Shown: positions 35,501 through 48,448 of the stretch, piece after piece
How positions within the stretch are numbered: position 1 is the stretch's first letter
Layout of the letters: the number at the start of each line of letters is the position of its first letter
NCBI GenBank assembly: GCA_047495785.1
Contig: JBLDXI010000015.1
Location: 1,984,001-2,048,000, forward strand
Origin: Lepidodermella squamata
Taxonomy: Eukaryota; Animalia; Gastrotricha
Direction of reading: 5' to 3'
Length of the DNA: 64,000 bases
Made by a program: the position numbers and the translations under genes
The notes under the pieces: model-generated
Database searches by the model: none
Seen by the model: only the letters and a program-made list of their open reading frames with translations
Told to the model about the DNA's origin: nothing

Positions 35501-36379
35501 TATAAATAAAGCCCTAGGGGAGGCCAGTTTCGAGGAAAACTCACATAATAAGACGAGGCGAAGCCGAGGCTTATTATGTGATTTTTCCGAGAAACTAGCC
35601 GTACCGTGGGCTTTATTAGACATAGTGCCCGTGGGGAAGCTATCAACCAAACTGGTAAAACCGGGTAAAAACTGGTAAACTTGTCACATAGTAAGTGACC
35701 AAAAACGAAAAAATGTGAAGAATAAAAAATGCAGCTTAATAAAAATGTTTGAATTTTTTTCTATTCTCATCCTTATTCTCTATCCTTTCTTGCTTTCACA
35801 ACGGCGTAGCAAGCTCCTTTTAAATCTCACGCAAGCATTCTACGGCCAATGATGGTCTTTCAAAGAACCAGTATGTATTTGCTAGAATGCTAGGAAATAT
35901 CCCTGCTTTAACGGCAGACCGTCCCGGGAACGTCGCTATCCCTGACTGAATAACCCAAGTTTTCTCCTCAACTGGGTGAACCCTGAACCATTTTGAGCCT
36001 GATTTTCGTAAAATTACTTGAATTATTTATGTGGAAGTATTTAAATGAATAAATGAAGTAGTTTCGATAGTATCTTCATGAGAATTTTGTTGATTCCTCG
36101 CTGCGCTCGGGAACACAGGAAATTCGCTTCATTCAATCAATCATGATATGGAATACTCGCTACGCTCGAAGGGACTCGCTATGCTCGTATAGCCTCGCTT
36201 TGCTCGGCCAAAAACCTTGCCCCGTGATGCTCGCTACGCTCGCGTTTCACGGCGGGGCAAGGTTTTTGGCGCCTTCGGCGCAAATCTCAGAAATTAAAAA
36301 ATGCACCTTAAATTTTCGAATTATGTGAATTATGTGAATTATGTGAATTATGTAAGCTTCCCCTAGGGCTCTATGTAAA
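35501..36379. mobile_element. putative non-autonomous hairpin-ended element with nested inverted repeats
   Basis: ~110-bp hairpin 35506-35616 centred on GAGGCGAAGCCGAG; catagtgcccgtggggaagct (35621) inverted with agcttcccctagggctctatg (36355); hairpin 36207-36270; five CTCGCTnyGCTCG motifs. Confidence 0.6.
36318..36353. repeat. (GAATTATGT)4 tandem repeat
   Basis: direct reading. Confidence 0.85.
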
Positions 36380-36792
36380 CGGTAATTGTAAGTATAAGAG
36401 TCACCACTGAAACCGGCTAATTCGATCCACTAGTACTTATAATTGATAGGTTACATTTATAGACATATATATACTTATTTATCCATAGAGTTTGGAGTAT
36501 AATTTTCAGTCAAGGTTTAGTTTCATCCTCACCCAATGGCTCATAGTTGATAACATTTGATAGGAATGTAGAGCACAGCAGAAGGAGCCGTTTTAACGAT
36601 GATTAAGGGTTTAGGGAAATTTAAGCTATAGGATATTATAACATCAGTAAAATTGAAAAATGAGACCAAACACGGCACGCATTGAAATGATTTTTCGCAG
36701 CTATTTGCTGCTGACTGAAAATATAAATCATCGCCTTTACCAGAAAGGTGTCAGAATTTCGCAGAATAACACTGAATTAAGTCAGTTTTAGT

Positions 36793-39700
36793 CTAATATA
36801 CTAGAATTTCAGCGAATTGTATCTGCATCGGGCCAACCTTATCAATCCGAACATATCTCCCCATGATCGGTGCGGTGCAGTAAAGAGGGAAAGATTGCCC
36901 AGGAACGAAATTCGGCATACGATAACTTCGAATGAAGTCGCAAATTGCATTATTGTTTCCGCCAGCAGCTGAATCCCCAACTCTAGCCGTCAACTCAAAA
37001 CTACCCGCAGTTGAGTAATCGATCCCGTAAACAGCAGCTACTGGCACAATTTTTGATACGAAAATCGATTGGCCCAAATCGACCTGAAACCAGAGACTTG
37101 CAACATTAGGCTGCGTAACACTGGGCAACGCGAAAGATCCATCGGTCAGCCCGGCATTGGTCGCAGCATTGAAATGCGACGAGGTAACTTGCTTTAAAAA
37201 CGCGAGATTTACACCTGTTTCACTGGTAACCTCAACTTTGCATATCATCATATCCAAGCCGCGATTTTGCTGAACTAATGTGACGTATCGGCCTGAAATA
37301 GGGGGAAAGCATGGGATGGAAATTTTAGCATCGAACGGCACATTAGGGCGGCCAGCATTGTTACAAACAGGCAACGCATCGGCATCACTAGCTCCGCCGG
37401 CTGGTATGTTGTTAGAAACTGCAATTTGAAGCCCGGAAATAGGGCTGCCAACCTCGGCGTAGTTACAGCCTTTGAAACTGAATCGACCAATAGGCTGAAG
37501 CGTGAAATCATCAACGTACAAGCGGACGGAAGCTGCGATTAGGGCTGGTTTCAGATAGGCTATAGCCGGGGCGGAATTCGGGCCACTTGAAGGTCCATCG
37601 AAAATTCGAATCCTCGAGCCGTTGTTAGCAAAGGTGTAAGCAGTCCATTTACTGTCTCCCGTTAGTCGGGTCAACAGGTGGTACTTCTCGATCCAAGCTG
37701 CCATAGTTGAGCTAGATAAAACTGCTACGATGTTAACGATTTTCAGTTGCGTGAAAGTGATTTGAAAGTAAGGCTGGCGGTCTGTTGCGAGTGGGATCCA
37801 ATCGATGAGGTCATTTCTAGTGAAATCACTCGGGATAGTGGCTGACGAAGCGTTAGCAATGGCGTCGTTGTCATACAGCTCGACGTTGCAAAATTGATCT
37901 TAGGTTGGGATTATGATAGTTATCAGAGCGAGTCATAATGCTATTCTTACGGGCGCAGCCTCGAACTCGAATTCTCAGGCAAATATGAGTGCTCCAAGAT
38001 TGTGGTTGAATTCTCAGATGGCGTGCGATGATGTATGGCCTGAAAAAGCTCCACTGTGTAGAGCTAGAGTCATTATTGGCAACGAAAATCTGGAAAATTC
38101 GAAAGATGCTAACCTTAAAACTTGAAACTTAATCTCTCACCTTAGTCGAACTAAGGCCATTAGCTCGGTCGTAAAACGTAAGAAAGGTGGCGCCGTTTGT
38201 GCTGTATGAGACGTAGAAAGTTCTTACAAAGCAATTGTTCGTTGAGTCGCCAGCTGTTGCGATCGAGTGGACTATTTTCTGCTCTCCAAAATCTAGGGTA
38301 AGATATTCGCCAAGATTAGGCCCAGCAGGTGTCCAGCTACATGCCATGGATCCACGAACGTCAGTCGAACCTGAGCAAACACCGTAGGGCGGCGAGGCTA
38401 AAGTATAGTTCGAGGAGTACTTCCACGATGAGCTCATTGTTAAGTCGGTCTCGCAAACATGACCCTCAACTGAGGAGTTACAATGGTTCTGTGTGAAATT
38501 TTATGAAAACGATGGATGACTAACGTATGTTGGGCGCTGGAATTTGCGTCGCCAATTCCATGGCCAGATACTGGTCCACTTGCCCTTGGTAGATCACTAG
38601 CCACGATATCAGGCCATCAAACCCAGAGTCGGTATACCCATCCTATAAAAGTGGCAATTTTTTACAATGATATAAGATAAAATCAATTTCATCCAAGAAG
38701 AAGTTATCGTGGCTAAATTAATTCAAATAAATCAATTCGTGGCAAATTAGGGTAAATGAAATAAAATACTACCCAACAACCCATAAATAATATCGGGGAT
38801 AGTTTCAAGTAGGTTTTTGTCGCAAATTTAAAGCATCCCCAATCCCCATAACACTTTTTCAGTTGTTTTTCCACCGTTTTGACTTATTATATATGATTAT
38901 TGTGAACCGAGTTTGAAAAGCACTGCGAAGATTAACAACAGACCAGGTTGCGACCGATTGTCATAGTGTTAGCGACGTACGAAGGAACGCAGTCGCTAAA
39001 AGGCTGCGTTGCGAAACGGATTCCGTTGCGATAGCCCGTGCTGCGATGTGCACCGAGAGTAAAATCAACGTTGACTAAGTAGTGCAACCACTTATTAACA
39101 GGTACTGTTCCAGTTTCACTCAGAGTCTGCCATCCATTGCATGTTAAATCAGAGTGGAACATATTCGGCGAAGAATGGAAGCGCATTGCAAAACTGAGAG
39201 ACGTACCATTCCCTAACTGGACAACGGGCTGCATAACCTGAGTCGTGTTAGAAAACATCAGTGCATGAATCCCGATTGTGTATGACGGCAACGGAGGCGT
39301 CATGTTGTATCCAACGTCGTAGTTTCGAGGAAAGCTAATCGCTGACAAGTAGTTAGTACTAGCATGTGCGAAGCGGTAAACGTTAGTATCGCCGGTCATC
39401 CACGGGAAATAAGGTCCAGAAAGTGTGGGCCCTGTTGCGCTTAAAACAGCGCCGCTACTATCAACGGACGTCAAACCCAAGTTGAAATCGAAGGGTGTGA
39501 CTAAGACAGCTTTCATACTGTTCAATGACGTGATTGGGCAGCGTTTCGACGAATGGACGAATTTTCGAGACAAGGCTGTTCGGTGCCAGATCAAACAGGC
39601 GTATAAACCAACTGATACGCTACCCAGACCGCCGATTCTGAAGAAGGCTTTATTCGTTTGAAGGCCAGTTCCATAGCACGAAGCCTGAGCTGTAGATACA

Positions 39701-42700
39701 AACTCGCCTTCCTGAACCAGGTAAACAGTCGCCTTGGAGTAATCGTAAACAAAGCCGATGAAATTCCATTGATATAACAGTAGCTTGAATGGCGACGTGA
39801 CCGTTGTTTGAGTGACATTTCCAGCACACGCGAAGACAAATTGGAGATAACCGGCCGCTGATACACTCAAGCCTACGGTGAACTGCGATTCGGATGCAGG
39901 AGAGTCGAGCCATCCAAGCAGCAAGCCTCCAACATTTGATGGCAGAACATGAACCAGAAGGGTCATAGACCATTTGTGGAATAGATCCGCAGCGATGAAC
40001 AGATAGTTGGACGCGGTTACCCACCATGCTCTGCGGGGTTACAGAAGAAAACAACGTGAATATTTATTGAAAACTGCCGTGGTTTATTGAAATCAGACTC
40101 TTGCGCTAATCTAACTCTGTCTTTTAACCCTCTTTATCCCCTGAATATTAGGAGATTGACCGTCAAATAGAGTGGTCAAGCCCATTACATAGCCGAAAGG
40201 CTCATTTTCAATGTTTCATAATTTCAGTGCCCGCTTTTCGATTGCGATCATGTATGAATCACCCCTGGCCCCAGGCTTGTAGCGATTTTATCCCGATTTA
40301 TGTAAACGTTCCAACATTATTTTGTTTTTTCTTTTGCATTCGAGAGTTTTCGATCACTGCAAAGCGATTTTTTCTCTTTCGGAATTAATTTGCTGGTTCA
40401 GTCTTACGTTCTGCTGTAGCTCAGAAATTTAGAACACTGCGGACTTCCAGCCGTTGCAAAAACACTGCTCGTGTTGACTAGATCTCCAAGCGAGCAAGCT
40501 AGCGGGAACAATGCAGCTGGAGGCGGAGCTATTAATGGCGAAAAATGCGCATGCAAAATAAAGCAAGGTGTAAAATCACGTACGTGACCACATCGATTGC
40601 GCTGCTTGCTCAAGCTCATCATTTTCCAGCGCACGTTTGTATATCTGAATATTCGCCAGTTTTCCGGTCCACGAGCCGCCAATCATCAGGTAAGCGTTGA
40701 TTTTTACAGCGGTGGGTTGGTTGCAATCGATGGAGGCGATGCTGATATCGGCACGATCCAAGAAAACACGGGCAACCTTGGCTTGGCAATCAAATGTGAC
40801 TGCTACGTGGCGCCAAGAATTTTTAGGCATTGGAGATACGTAGCCAAATGCTGTTGAAGCGGGGAAGAAGTAGGCGTCGCCAATACCGCGAGCTCGCTCG
40901 ACTAAAATATTTCCGGCGTCGTCGATAGAGACTCGTAAGCACGACACAAAGCTGAGAAAGAAGATTAGATAGCGAACAGGAAACACAGCATGTAGGCTTA
41001 CCTATTCTGATTAGAATCGATCAGCCGCAACGTACCTGCAGTGTGCCATATCCAGGCTGCAAACGTCCAGCCATAGCGTTTATCGACCGCTAAGTTATCC
41101 ATAGGCAACAAAAGTCGACCAAATCCAGCCCACTCAAGGGCAGAAAGCGGCCTCCCGTCAACCCCAGAGCCATATGTCAACACATTCGAAAAAACTCCAT
41201 TATTTCCATTTCCACTCAGATCATCAGCTCTATGCATGATATCAAGTGGCCAGTAGCCATCTGGTACCAGGGTGAATTTAGGGTCGAGCTGGGGCGTGGA
41301 AACCTCAACCGAAGTCACAGCCCTGGGCTCACCCAGATCAATGGTAACGTAGGGTCGGTCGAGAAAATTCAAAGTGCCGAAATTCAACTTATGCTGTTGA
41401 ATTGCTGTTGAATTCGCAAATCCTAATAAAACGCTGGCATCTTCAACATAAGCCTTAGCTATTCTAGCTTTAAAAGCTAAATCGGGGCTGTATCGGGGTA
41501 TGTTTCTACAGCCAAGAAGTTCGACCTTGTAGCAACGAGTTGAACCGGAAAAAGTTAGTGGATCGATTGCAATATGCTGGGCTAAAATTGGCTTTGGGAA
41601 TACGACTGATGCGATGTTGACTGCGTCGACATTCCCCGCCACGGTAGTCTTGCCATTGTTTTCCTTAAGCTTTGTCCAGCCATCAGCAGCTGAAGCTTTG
41701 TAACGAATACCAAAAAGTGTGACCCATGAATTTAGCCGGTCGCAGCCTTGAAATTGAACAGCTGTTACTAAGGTTTGCTTTTTAAGGTCAATGGTCAGTG
41801 GCATGTTGTTGGCGAACAAAGCCATGCCCCAGTTCAGCCTGGAGTAATACGGTCCAGCAAGGAATCTATCGGTCGAAACTTGCGCATCTTCGATTTCCAT
41901 TGATTCCATGCCGAGAGGCTCGAAACACTTAGCCGTGTTGCCTATAAACGCCATTCTGCCCTGAGTCTGATAAGGCGGCGTTCGCGTTTCTGTTGTGCTT
42001 GAAACCTTGACATAACGCGTCAAATGTGGTCGGAAAAATCTGTTTATCAAAATTGTCCCGTTAGTTGTTCCGAAGATCGCAGGATCACCGTGGCCTTTAT
42101 TAATCTGGTAAAAATTCAACCCGTCGAAACTATAGTCGACTCTCAAATTTTGAAGACAGTTCGCGCAGTAGAAGTGAAATTCTGTAAGCCAAACAATTCG
42201 CTGAAGATCGACCATTAGCCAAGCGCCAACAGGAGCATTTGTGCCCAGGCCAGAATAATAGTTGTGCCTTGCGTAGGCCCGTCCGAGCGCTGGCACTTCC
42301 ATCCATTGATTCGTTGAAATTGCTGAATATGCCAAATCGCTGACGTACGAGTTGTCCAAGTCGACAATCTCATCGTCCGAGATGTTCTTCATCAAACTCG
42401 GGGAAGTCCATGCTGATTTCAAAATCGCTCGCCATATCTCTGTTTCTGAGCATTTGGTGGATCCAGAGGAACATTGTCTCGACTTTTTCAAAATGCCATC
42501 GGATGATATAGAGAACGAAGTTGAAGTTGAATCGATAACAACCTGAGCTATTTGGGAGCTCGAAACTTCAAAGCTCCACAGTAAGCATGTTTGAGCTTTA
42601 AATTGGCCAGACTTGCAAGACTCGATTGAATTACAGAAGGCAATACATGTGGCAGCGAGTTTCACGGAACTAATGTTACCAACCAGGTAAAGAGAAAGAT

Positions 42701-42809
42701 TGGTCCCAGGGGTTACTGGACCAATAGCTTTCCCAGGGTAAATGTTGTAGTGGTACCCTCCGGCGTTAACCTTTGCAATGAAGATTAGCAGTATAAAAAT
42801 GTCAAACAT
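36793..42809 (-). CDS. large secreted multi-domain lectin-like protein (PAN/apple, F5/8 type C, LamG-like, F-type-lectin-like)
   Basis: signal MFDIFILLIFIAKVNA; CIAFCNSIESCKS...C (PAN); WLMVDL, CFEPLGMES..I.DAQV, YKVELLGC, LTLDFG (discoidin); WTFAAWI, WRHVAVTFD, WNFIGFVYD (LamG); WFQVDLG, GRYV (F-type lectin fold). Multi-exon; internal exon structure only partly resolved. Confidence 0.8.
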
Positions 42810-44389
42810 CCTGCTGGTGAAGCGAGGAAAAACGGGAAATGACTGCACCGCCGGTCGGAAAATGTTGGGCGCTCAACTCTCAGCGCAAGTGTCAATCACC
42901 GAATTCGCTTGGATCTTTTGTGGCTACGTCAACGCTGCTATGACCTTCTGCGCTGCTATGAAGCCACGGTGTATCGAATTATCGAAGCACAGCGCTCCTT
43001 CGATAACTGCAACCTCCATAGCTGCAAACCCGCGTCTGTAGTCAAGACGTAGGTGCGCCGCATAATTTCAATTTTTTTGTTATCAAACAAACTGATAAGT
43101 TTTTGCGCTAACGGCGATCAATTTAAGAACGTCAGCCTGCAGAGCCGACAATGATCTCAGGTTTCGAATCAGCGAATGATTGTTATTTTTCCGACCCCGG
43201 CAGTCTAGGTAATTGACAGGCGTGACAGGAGGTTGATAGATGGCTACTCCGCTGAAAAATTCCTCACGATTGCGAAATAAAAAACTTGAATAAATCAGCA
43301 AAAAATCCAGTCCGTTCAATTTGAACTCGTTATTATTGTTCTAAAACATGATACAAGGGCGTAAGATTTTTTAGTTATTTTTCAACCGCAGCTTTAGCTA
43401 TTACGAATAGCCCATCAAAGATAACGATGATAACCGTTTGGCAGACCAGCTAACAAGGTCTGGTATCTAATGCTTCAAGGAACTCGAGGCTGGAATGGGT
43501 ACAATGACAGCGGGATACTTGAGCCCAAGCTACTGAAGTCGAAAGAACGATGAGTTGAGCCTTGATCCTGCTTGGTTGGTCGGTAAACGTGATGTCCAAC
43601 CTTCGTATTAAGCTAGGAATTAAGCTATTACGTTTATAAGCTCTAGTTACGTTCATTATTATGTGCGCCGCGCGTGAATTGCTCACTCCTTATATAATAA
43701 TTCAGCAGTACCTCATCTCCAACGGATTTTCAGGAAAATCCAGGGTGTTCAAGAGTTAATTGTCCTATAACAATAGATAAAAAATGTCGCTAATGCGCGT
43801 GCGAAAAGTAGCAAGGCTATTTATAACTACCTATTGTTTCTTCAACACCCTGCTCGACTTTCAGCAATGCTCTCAGGGCAGCTTTCAGGGCAACTTAAGT
43901 TTTCTTAGGCATGGTGAAATTTGAATTTTCCGGTTTGATGGTGAAAGTCCCGAAATTGATGGTAGGAAAATGTACACCAATAATTTATCATCACCTGTTG
44001 GTTTTATTTTTGTTTTCATTTCGTGTTGGTGCGGCGCATTACACAAAGTTTGATCGAAGGCGATAGCGAGAAGTCAAGTAGATTCCGGTAGTAGTCAACT
44101 GAAGGCCATAAGTCCTACCTTTTGGGCTGTATCTTTTAAATCTGTCCCAATTTAGACGCTTACAAATTTTTATAACTTTCAAGTTTTGTTTGCTTGCAGT
44201 AAGCTCTGAGCATTACAATAATGCCTTGGCCTGCCTAACTTTCTCTGTCAGCTGTTTGGTGGTGTCCTTAAGTATACTTGCCATCATTCATTATGAGTAT
44301 ATGTCCCAAGAATTGGCCAAATGACCACATGAATTTGTTTTATTTTACGTCCTCTTTAAGGCATGAATATGTGATGCTAGAGAATAGAA

Positions 44390-45160
44390 AAAGCCCTCCC
44401 CGTGAGGGTTCAGGGGACGGTTGACGGCTGGCGATCGGCCTCACGGGCCGACAGATCGGTCGCGAACAACGAACAACCTGCTTTTGTTCAAAAATTCATA
44501 ATTTTCGATGCTACACTAGTTACACACTAGTTGCCATTCATCCCAATCTCTGGCAGTTATTTCTGCTAATTCTAGATCCGCAATTTTGTGAATTTCAGTG
44601 TGCGTCGCATTAACAAGGTTGACTTACGAGGTCTCCCGCGTCTAACTGGCTCCTTTGGGTTTTTAAAATGTTTCACATCAATTTCGAACAAACCAATTTT
44701 AAGAAGACTCCTTTTCAAGCTATCGGTCCAGCGGGTTGGCGGTTTACCGCGAGGCAACCACCAATAACTCGGGTCGACCGCTTTTCAATAATACATAGCA
44801 TTCGCGAGACTTTCAGTGTCGTACTCATCTTGGCGAATAATGTGACCGAAATATTTCAAACGATGTTTTTCGATTATTTCGCTCAATTCAAAAACGTCAC
44901 AGATCAATCTAATATCGATGTTAGGTATATATAATCTGTTAGGTATATATAATCGGTATATAGGTATATATAATCCCATAATGGTTCTAAGCCAGCGCAT
45001 GAAGGTGACATTTAACCTTTGTTCTTGGGCCGGAGTTTGGTTCCATCAGGTTTCACAGGCGTAGGTGACGGTAGGAATTACCACACATTTTAAAATGTTC
45101 AATTTTGTGGTTAGACTAATATGTTTTCTGTTGCAAAACAACTTGTTAAAAGCTCTGTTG
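44390..45160 (-). mobile_element. degenerate RTE-type LINE 3' fragment
   Basis: PTVTYACET, RLNVTFMRWLRTIMG, RLKYFGHI, PRGKPPTRWTD with stops/frameshifts; GC-rich hairpins at 44391-44463. Confidence 0.78.
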
Positions 45161-45219
45161 TTTAGCCAGATTAATTTAATAATTTCATCTGATTAAATAT
45201 ATCTGATCGACGTAGCATC

Positions 45220-46282
45220 ATGGCGAAACTGCACCTGGCCGTATTCCTAGCGATTATCTATCAAACATTAGCAATCAGTAAGTCACATACAATAAGAATA
45301 CTTGTAGGAGAGGTACCTATAGGAGAGGTAAATACTCCATAGATCACTCGCGAAACTTGAGGATATAGAGTTCGCTCTGCGGCTTTTCAAAGTACCTACT
45401 TCATTTTGCCCAAAAATTAGACTACCTGATTAATCCAAATCTTGATCAAGAGTTCACACAAATGTCCTGGAATTGGGTGCCTTTTCTTCCTGTTTGTGAA
45501 GTAGTCTTATTTTTCAGAATCCCCTGAGCGTGAACTGGCAAAGTATCTGATTCGCACAGCTGAAGAGCAGGGTACAGTCGGACGACCTGTCTCAGCTGCG
45601 TAAGCTTGCTTGCAATTTCTTTGTAACAGGATGATTTCAGTAGATCCCTACGTAGTTCTGAAGCTGTCAACGTGACTTTGGGGCTGTATTTGGTTAAAAT
45701 CATCAGCTTAGATTCAAATAATCATGCAAAAATAGCATCGAAACCAACGATGACGTGGAATGATCCAGCTCTGACATGGGATCCATCTCGCTTTGGAAAA
45801 GTCAATTCTATCATGCTGCCGGCCAGGAAGGTTTGGACGCCTGATATCACATTTGTTAACGAGTTAGTTTGCTTTATTTGGCCGATAAATTTGATCCTAA
45901 TTAGTCTACTAATATTAGCTTCAATGGCGGAGCTGCTGATCAGAAGAACAATTTGTTGGATGCCGATGTATCGGTTCTCCCTTACGGATCTGTCATGTGG
46001 ATTTCTCGTCTAAATCACGAAGTACCGTGCATCAAAGCATCCGAAAATATATTTAACTGCACAATTAAAGCTGGCTCCTGGGGTTATGATAATTCACAGA
46101 TGGCTGTCGATTTTCCTGAGGGCTTGGAAAGCATTAACCTGCATGACATGGAACCTATTAGTCCGGGATTGGAACTGTTGGCAACATCTGCGACGTACGA
46201 AGATGCTGAGTATGCCGGGCTCACGTATCGCACGTTCTCATTTACATTTAAGATCGATGTTTCTCGTCTATTGAGGGGTTGA
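45220..46282 (+). CDS. soluble Cys-loop ligand-binding domain, acetylcholine-binding-protein-like
   Basis: signal exon MAKLHLAVFLAIIYQTLAI (45220-45277); RPV, WNDPALTWDP..FG.V..I..P..KVWTPDI.F.N, GSVMW, C...C-TIKAGSWGY; stop directly after the last beta strand, no transmembrane segments. Confidence 0.82.
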
Positions 46283-46579
46283 AGGTTTCCCGGTTCCAAA
46301 TGATTGAACTTTTGTCGCCCCATTTCTGGTTTCACACCGGGAATATTGACCTCGATATCAGGATGGATTTTTTTATTTTACTGTATTTCTTAGAATAGAA
46401 AATAGCCAGTAATTATAAGTAAACTAAATTCTAATTTCTAACTAAAAATAGCTAACACTGCAAAGATAAGATTATGCTTGAAATTGGAATAAACATACGC
46501 GGCTATTTAAATCGAAAGACATCAGCCAAGTATCAAATGCGCCAGTAAAAATTGTAGATTGATGATGTCTTTTCACCCC

Positions 46580-46634
46580 GGCCTAGTGGCCTAATGGGAG
46601 CCGGAGATTGTGGGTTCGAGTCCCATCTGGGTCG
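46580..46634 (+). pseudogene. tRNA-Arg(CCG) pseudogene, cassette F
   Basis: 17-nt deletion (TAAGGCGTCGGCCTCCG) removing the anticodon. Confidence 0.88.
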
Positions 46635-46700
46635 CAACTTTTTTCATCATGAACACATTGGCTCTTCTTCGAAAGTCAAGGATCAGCTCAGCCATCAGCC

Positions 46701-46772
46701 GGCTCAGTAGCTTAGTGGTAGAGCATCTGTCTTGTAAACAGAAGGTCGCGGGTTCGATCCCCGTCTGGGCCT
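46701..46772 (+). tRNA. tRNA-Thr(TGT), cassette F
   Basis: intact cloverleaf. Confidence 0.93.
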
Positions 46773-46848
46773 CGGCTTCTCTTTTTAGCCTATCAACTGA
46801 TAGATTTTAAGCTAGACGATTTGAATAGGATGTAGGGTGATCACAAGC

Positions 46849-46922
46849 GCCTCCTTGGCTCAGTTGGCTAGAGCGCCAGTCTCATAATCTGGAGGTCGTG
46901 AGTTCGATCCTCACAGGGGGCA
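46849..46922 (+). tRNA. tRNA-Met(CAT), cassette F
   Basis: intact cloverleaf. Confidence 0.93.
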
Positions 46923-47005
46923 GCTTCATCTTTTTGAGAGTTAGGATCCTAATTCCGAGCTATTTCCTAACGATGTCACAACCCAATTAGGACCTATGTT
47001 TATAC

Positions 47006-47071
47006 TCCCTGATGGTCTAGTGGTTAGGATTCCGCGCTTTCACCGCGGCGGTTCGATTCCCGGTCTGGGAA
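47006..47071 (+). pseudogene. tRNA-Glu(TTC) pseudogene, cassette F
   Basis: 6-nt deletion in the variable loop/T stem and an acceptor mismatch (TCTGGGAA). Confidence 0.85.
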
Positions 47072-47147
47072 GTATTTTTCTTTCATATTGTCGAAAATTT
47101 TAGAAAATGTGACATCACTAGTGAGAGGGCACCATCGTAGTCACCCA

Positions 47148-47220
47148 GGTTCCGTAGTGTAGTGGTTATCACGTCTCCTTCACACGGAGAAGGTCGCGGG
47201 TTCGAACCCCGCCGGAACCT
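47148..47220 (+). tRNA. tRNA-Val(CAC), cassette F
   Basis: intact cloverleaf. Confidence 0.93.
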
Positions 47221-47294
47221 CGTTGAACATTTTTCCAACTTCGATAAAGGTTCCATTGCCATTAAATGAGCACCCATGTCCCTTGAAACTAAAT

Positions 47295-47366
47295 GGGGAT
47301 GTAGCTCAGTGGTAGAGCGCTTGCTTTGCATGTAAGATGTCCCGGGTTCAAACCCCGGCATCTCCA
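47295..47366 (+). tRNA. tRNA-Ala(TGC), cassette F
   Basis: intact cloverleaf. Confidence 0.93.
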
Positions 47367-47431
47367 CTTTTTCCAACCACGAAACTGATAGGAAATCTCC
47401 ATCCTCAAAGACATGATCTCTAGTATGAACA

Positions 47432-47505
47432 GGTTCCGTTGTGTAGTGGTTCATCACGTCTGCTTTACACGCAGAAGGTCGCGGGTTCGAACCCCGCCGG
47501 AACCT
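47432..47505 (+). tRNA. tRNA-Val(TAC), cassette F
   Basis: intact cloverleaf. Confidence 0.93.
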
Positions 47506-48448
47506 TATCAATTTTATTTTCATCTTCAGTTCTGCGCTGTAGCAATTTTTCGCAAAGTACAACCTTCCTTTCTCGCGATGTTACTTTCTCCCTCTTAAGG
47601 CATCATGCTCCTTCGCAGTAAATTTTGCCTAATAAGCGTTCAATTAAGGGCCCTCTCATTATCACCAGCTCACGGAAAAAACGGATCCACAAGACTTAAA
47701 TCCTAGGACTAGTGATATCTGTTCTCATCACGTACAAATGTACAAGTTTGATACCCAACGCTTGACCCCGCTTCACATCATTTCGAGAATACCTCATTCA
47801 TTCCTGCAAAAATATGCGATAGCATCTTTTTCCCAATTATCTCGCTGAATGGAAACTGCAGAAAAAACCGCAGGCACCTGGAAAGTTCGCACACGCCTTT
47901 CAAAGTCGGTGCTGCTTTTTTTCCTTTCAACGCAAAATAGCGCGTCTAGGCTAGAAGAAACAAGAAAGAAAAGCAAAAAATCACGACAAAAAATGAGCGC
48001 CGCCACGTTTTTTGGCTGCTGCTTCACCGCATTAAATTTCGCGCTCACCTTTGTTTAATCGAAGCCAAGGCGACGCTATTGATTTGCGCGGCGATATACA
48101 TGAATAAGCACTATGTATATTGGAATGAACGCTACTAGCGCGCGCAGTGACAAACAGCGCGATCTGGTGAATTTATAGAAATTATTATTATTATTATTTT
48201 GTTTTGTTCTTGGCGCAACTCATACTCCCCTGCGCACAATATATAACCAACATTATTTACTGTAATTTTTTGCTATTCTACAGCAAAGCCGGAAATTATT
48301 ACTCGGCTAGGTGGGTGCGACCTTCGACAAGCCGCAAAAATAGCCAATATTTGTACTACAATTTGTTCAATTTTAAAAGGTGGCTAATATTCGCAATTTA
48401 ATAATATAGAATTTTTTTTATTAAATCGGCAAAATTTCGTACACGACA

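Noticed and set aside
43741-43852. cagggtgtt...aacaccctg short inverted repeat as a Tc1-like MITE
   Set aside because: Only ~14 bp, no TA flanks and no second copy in the window
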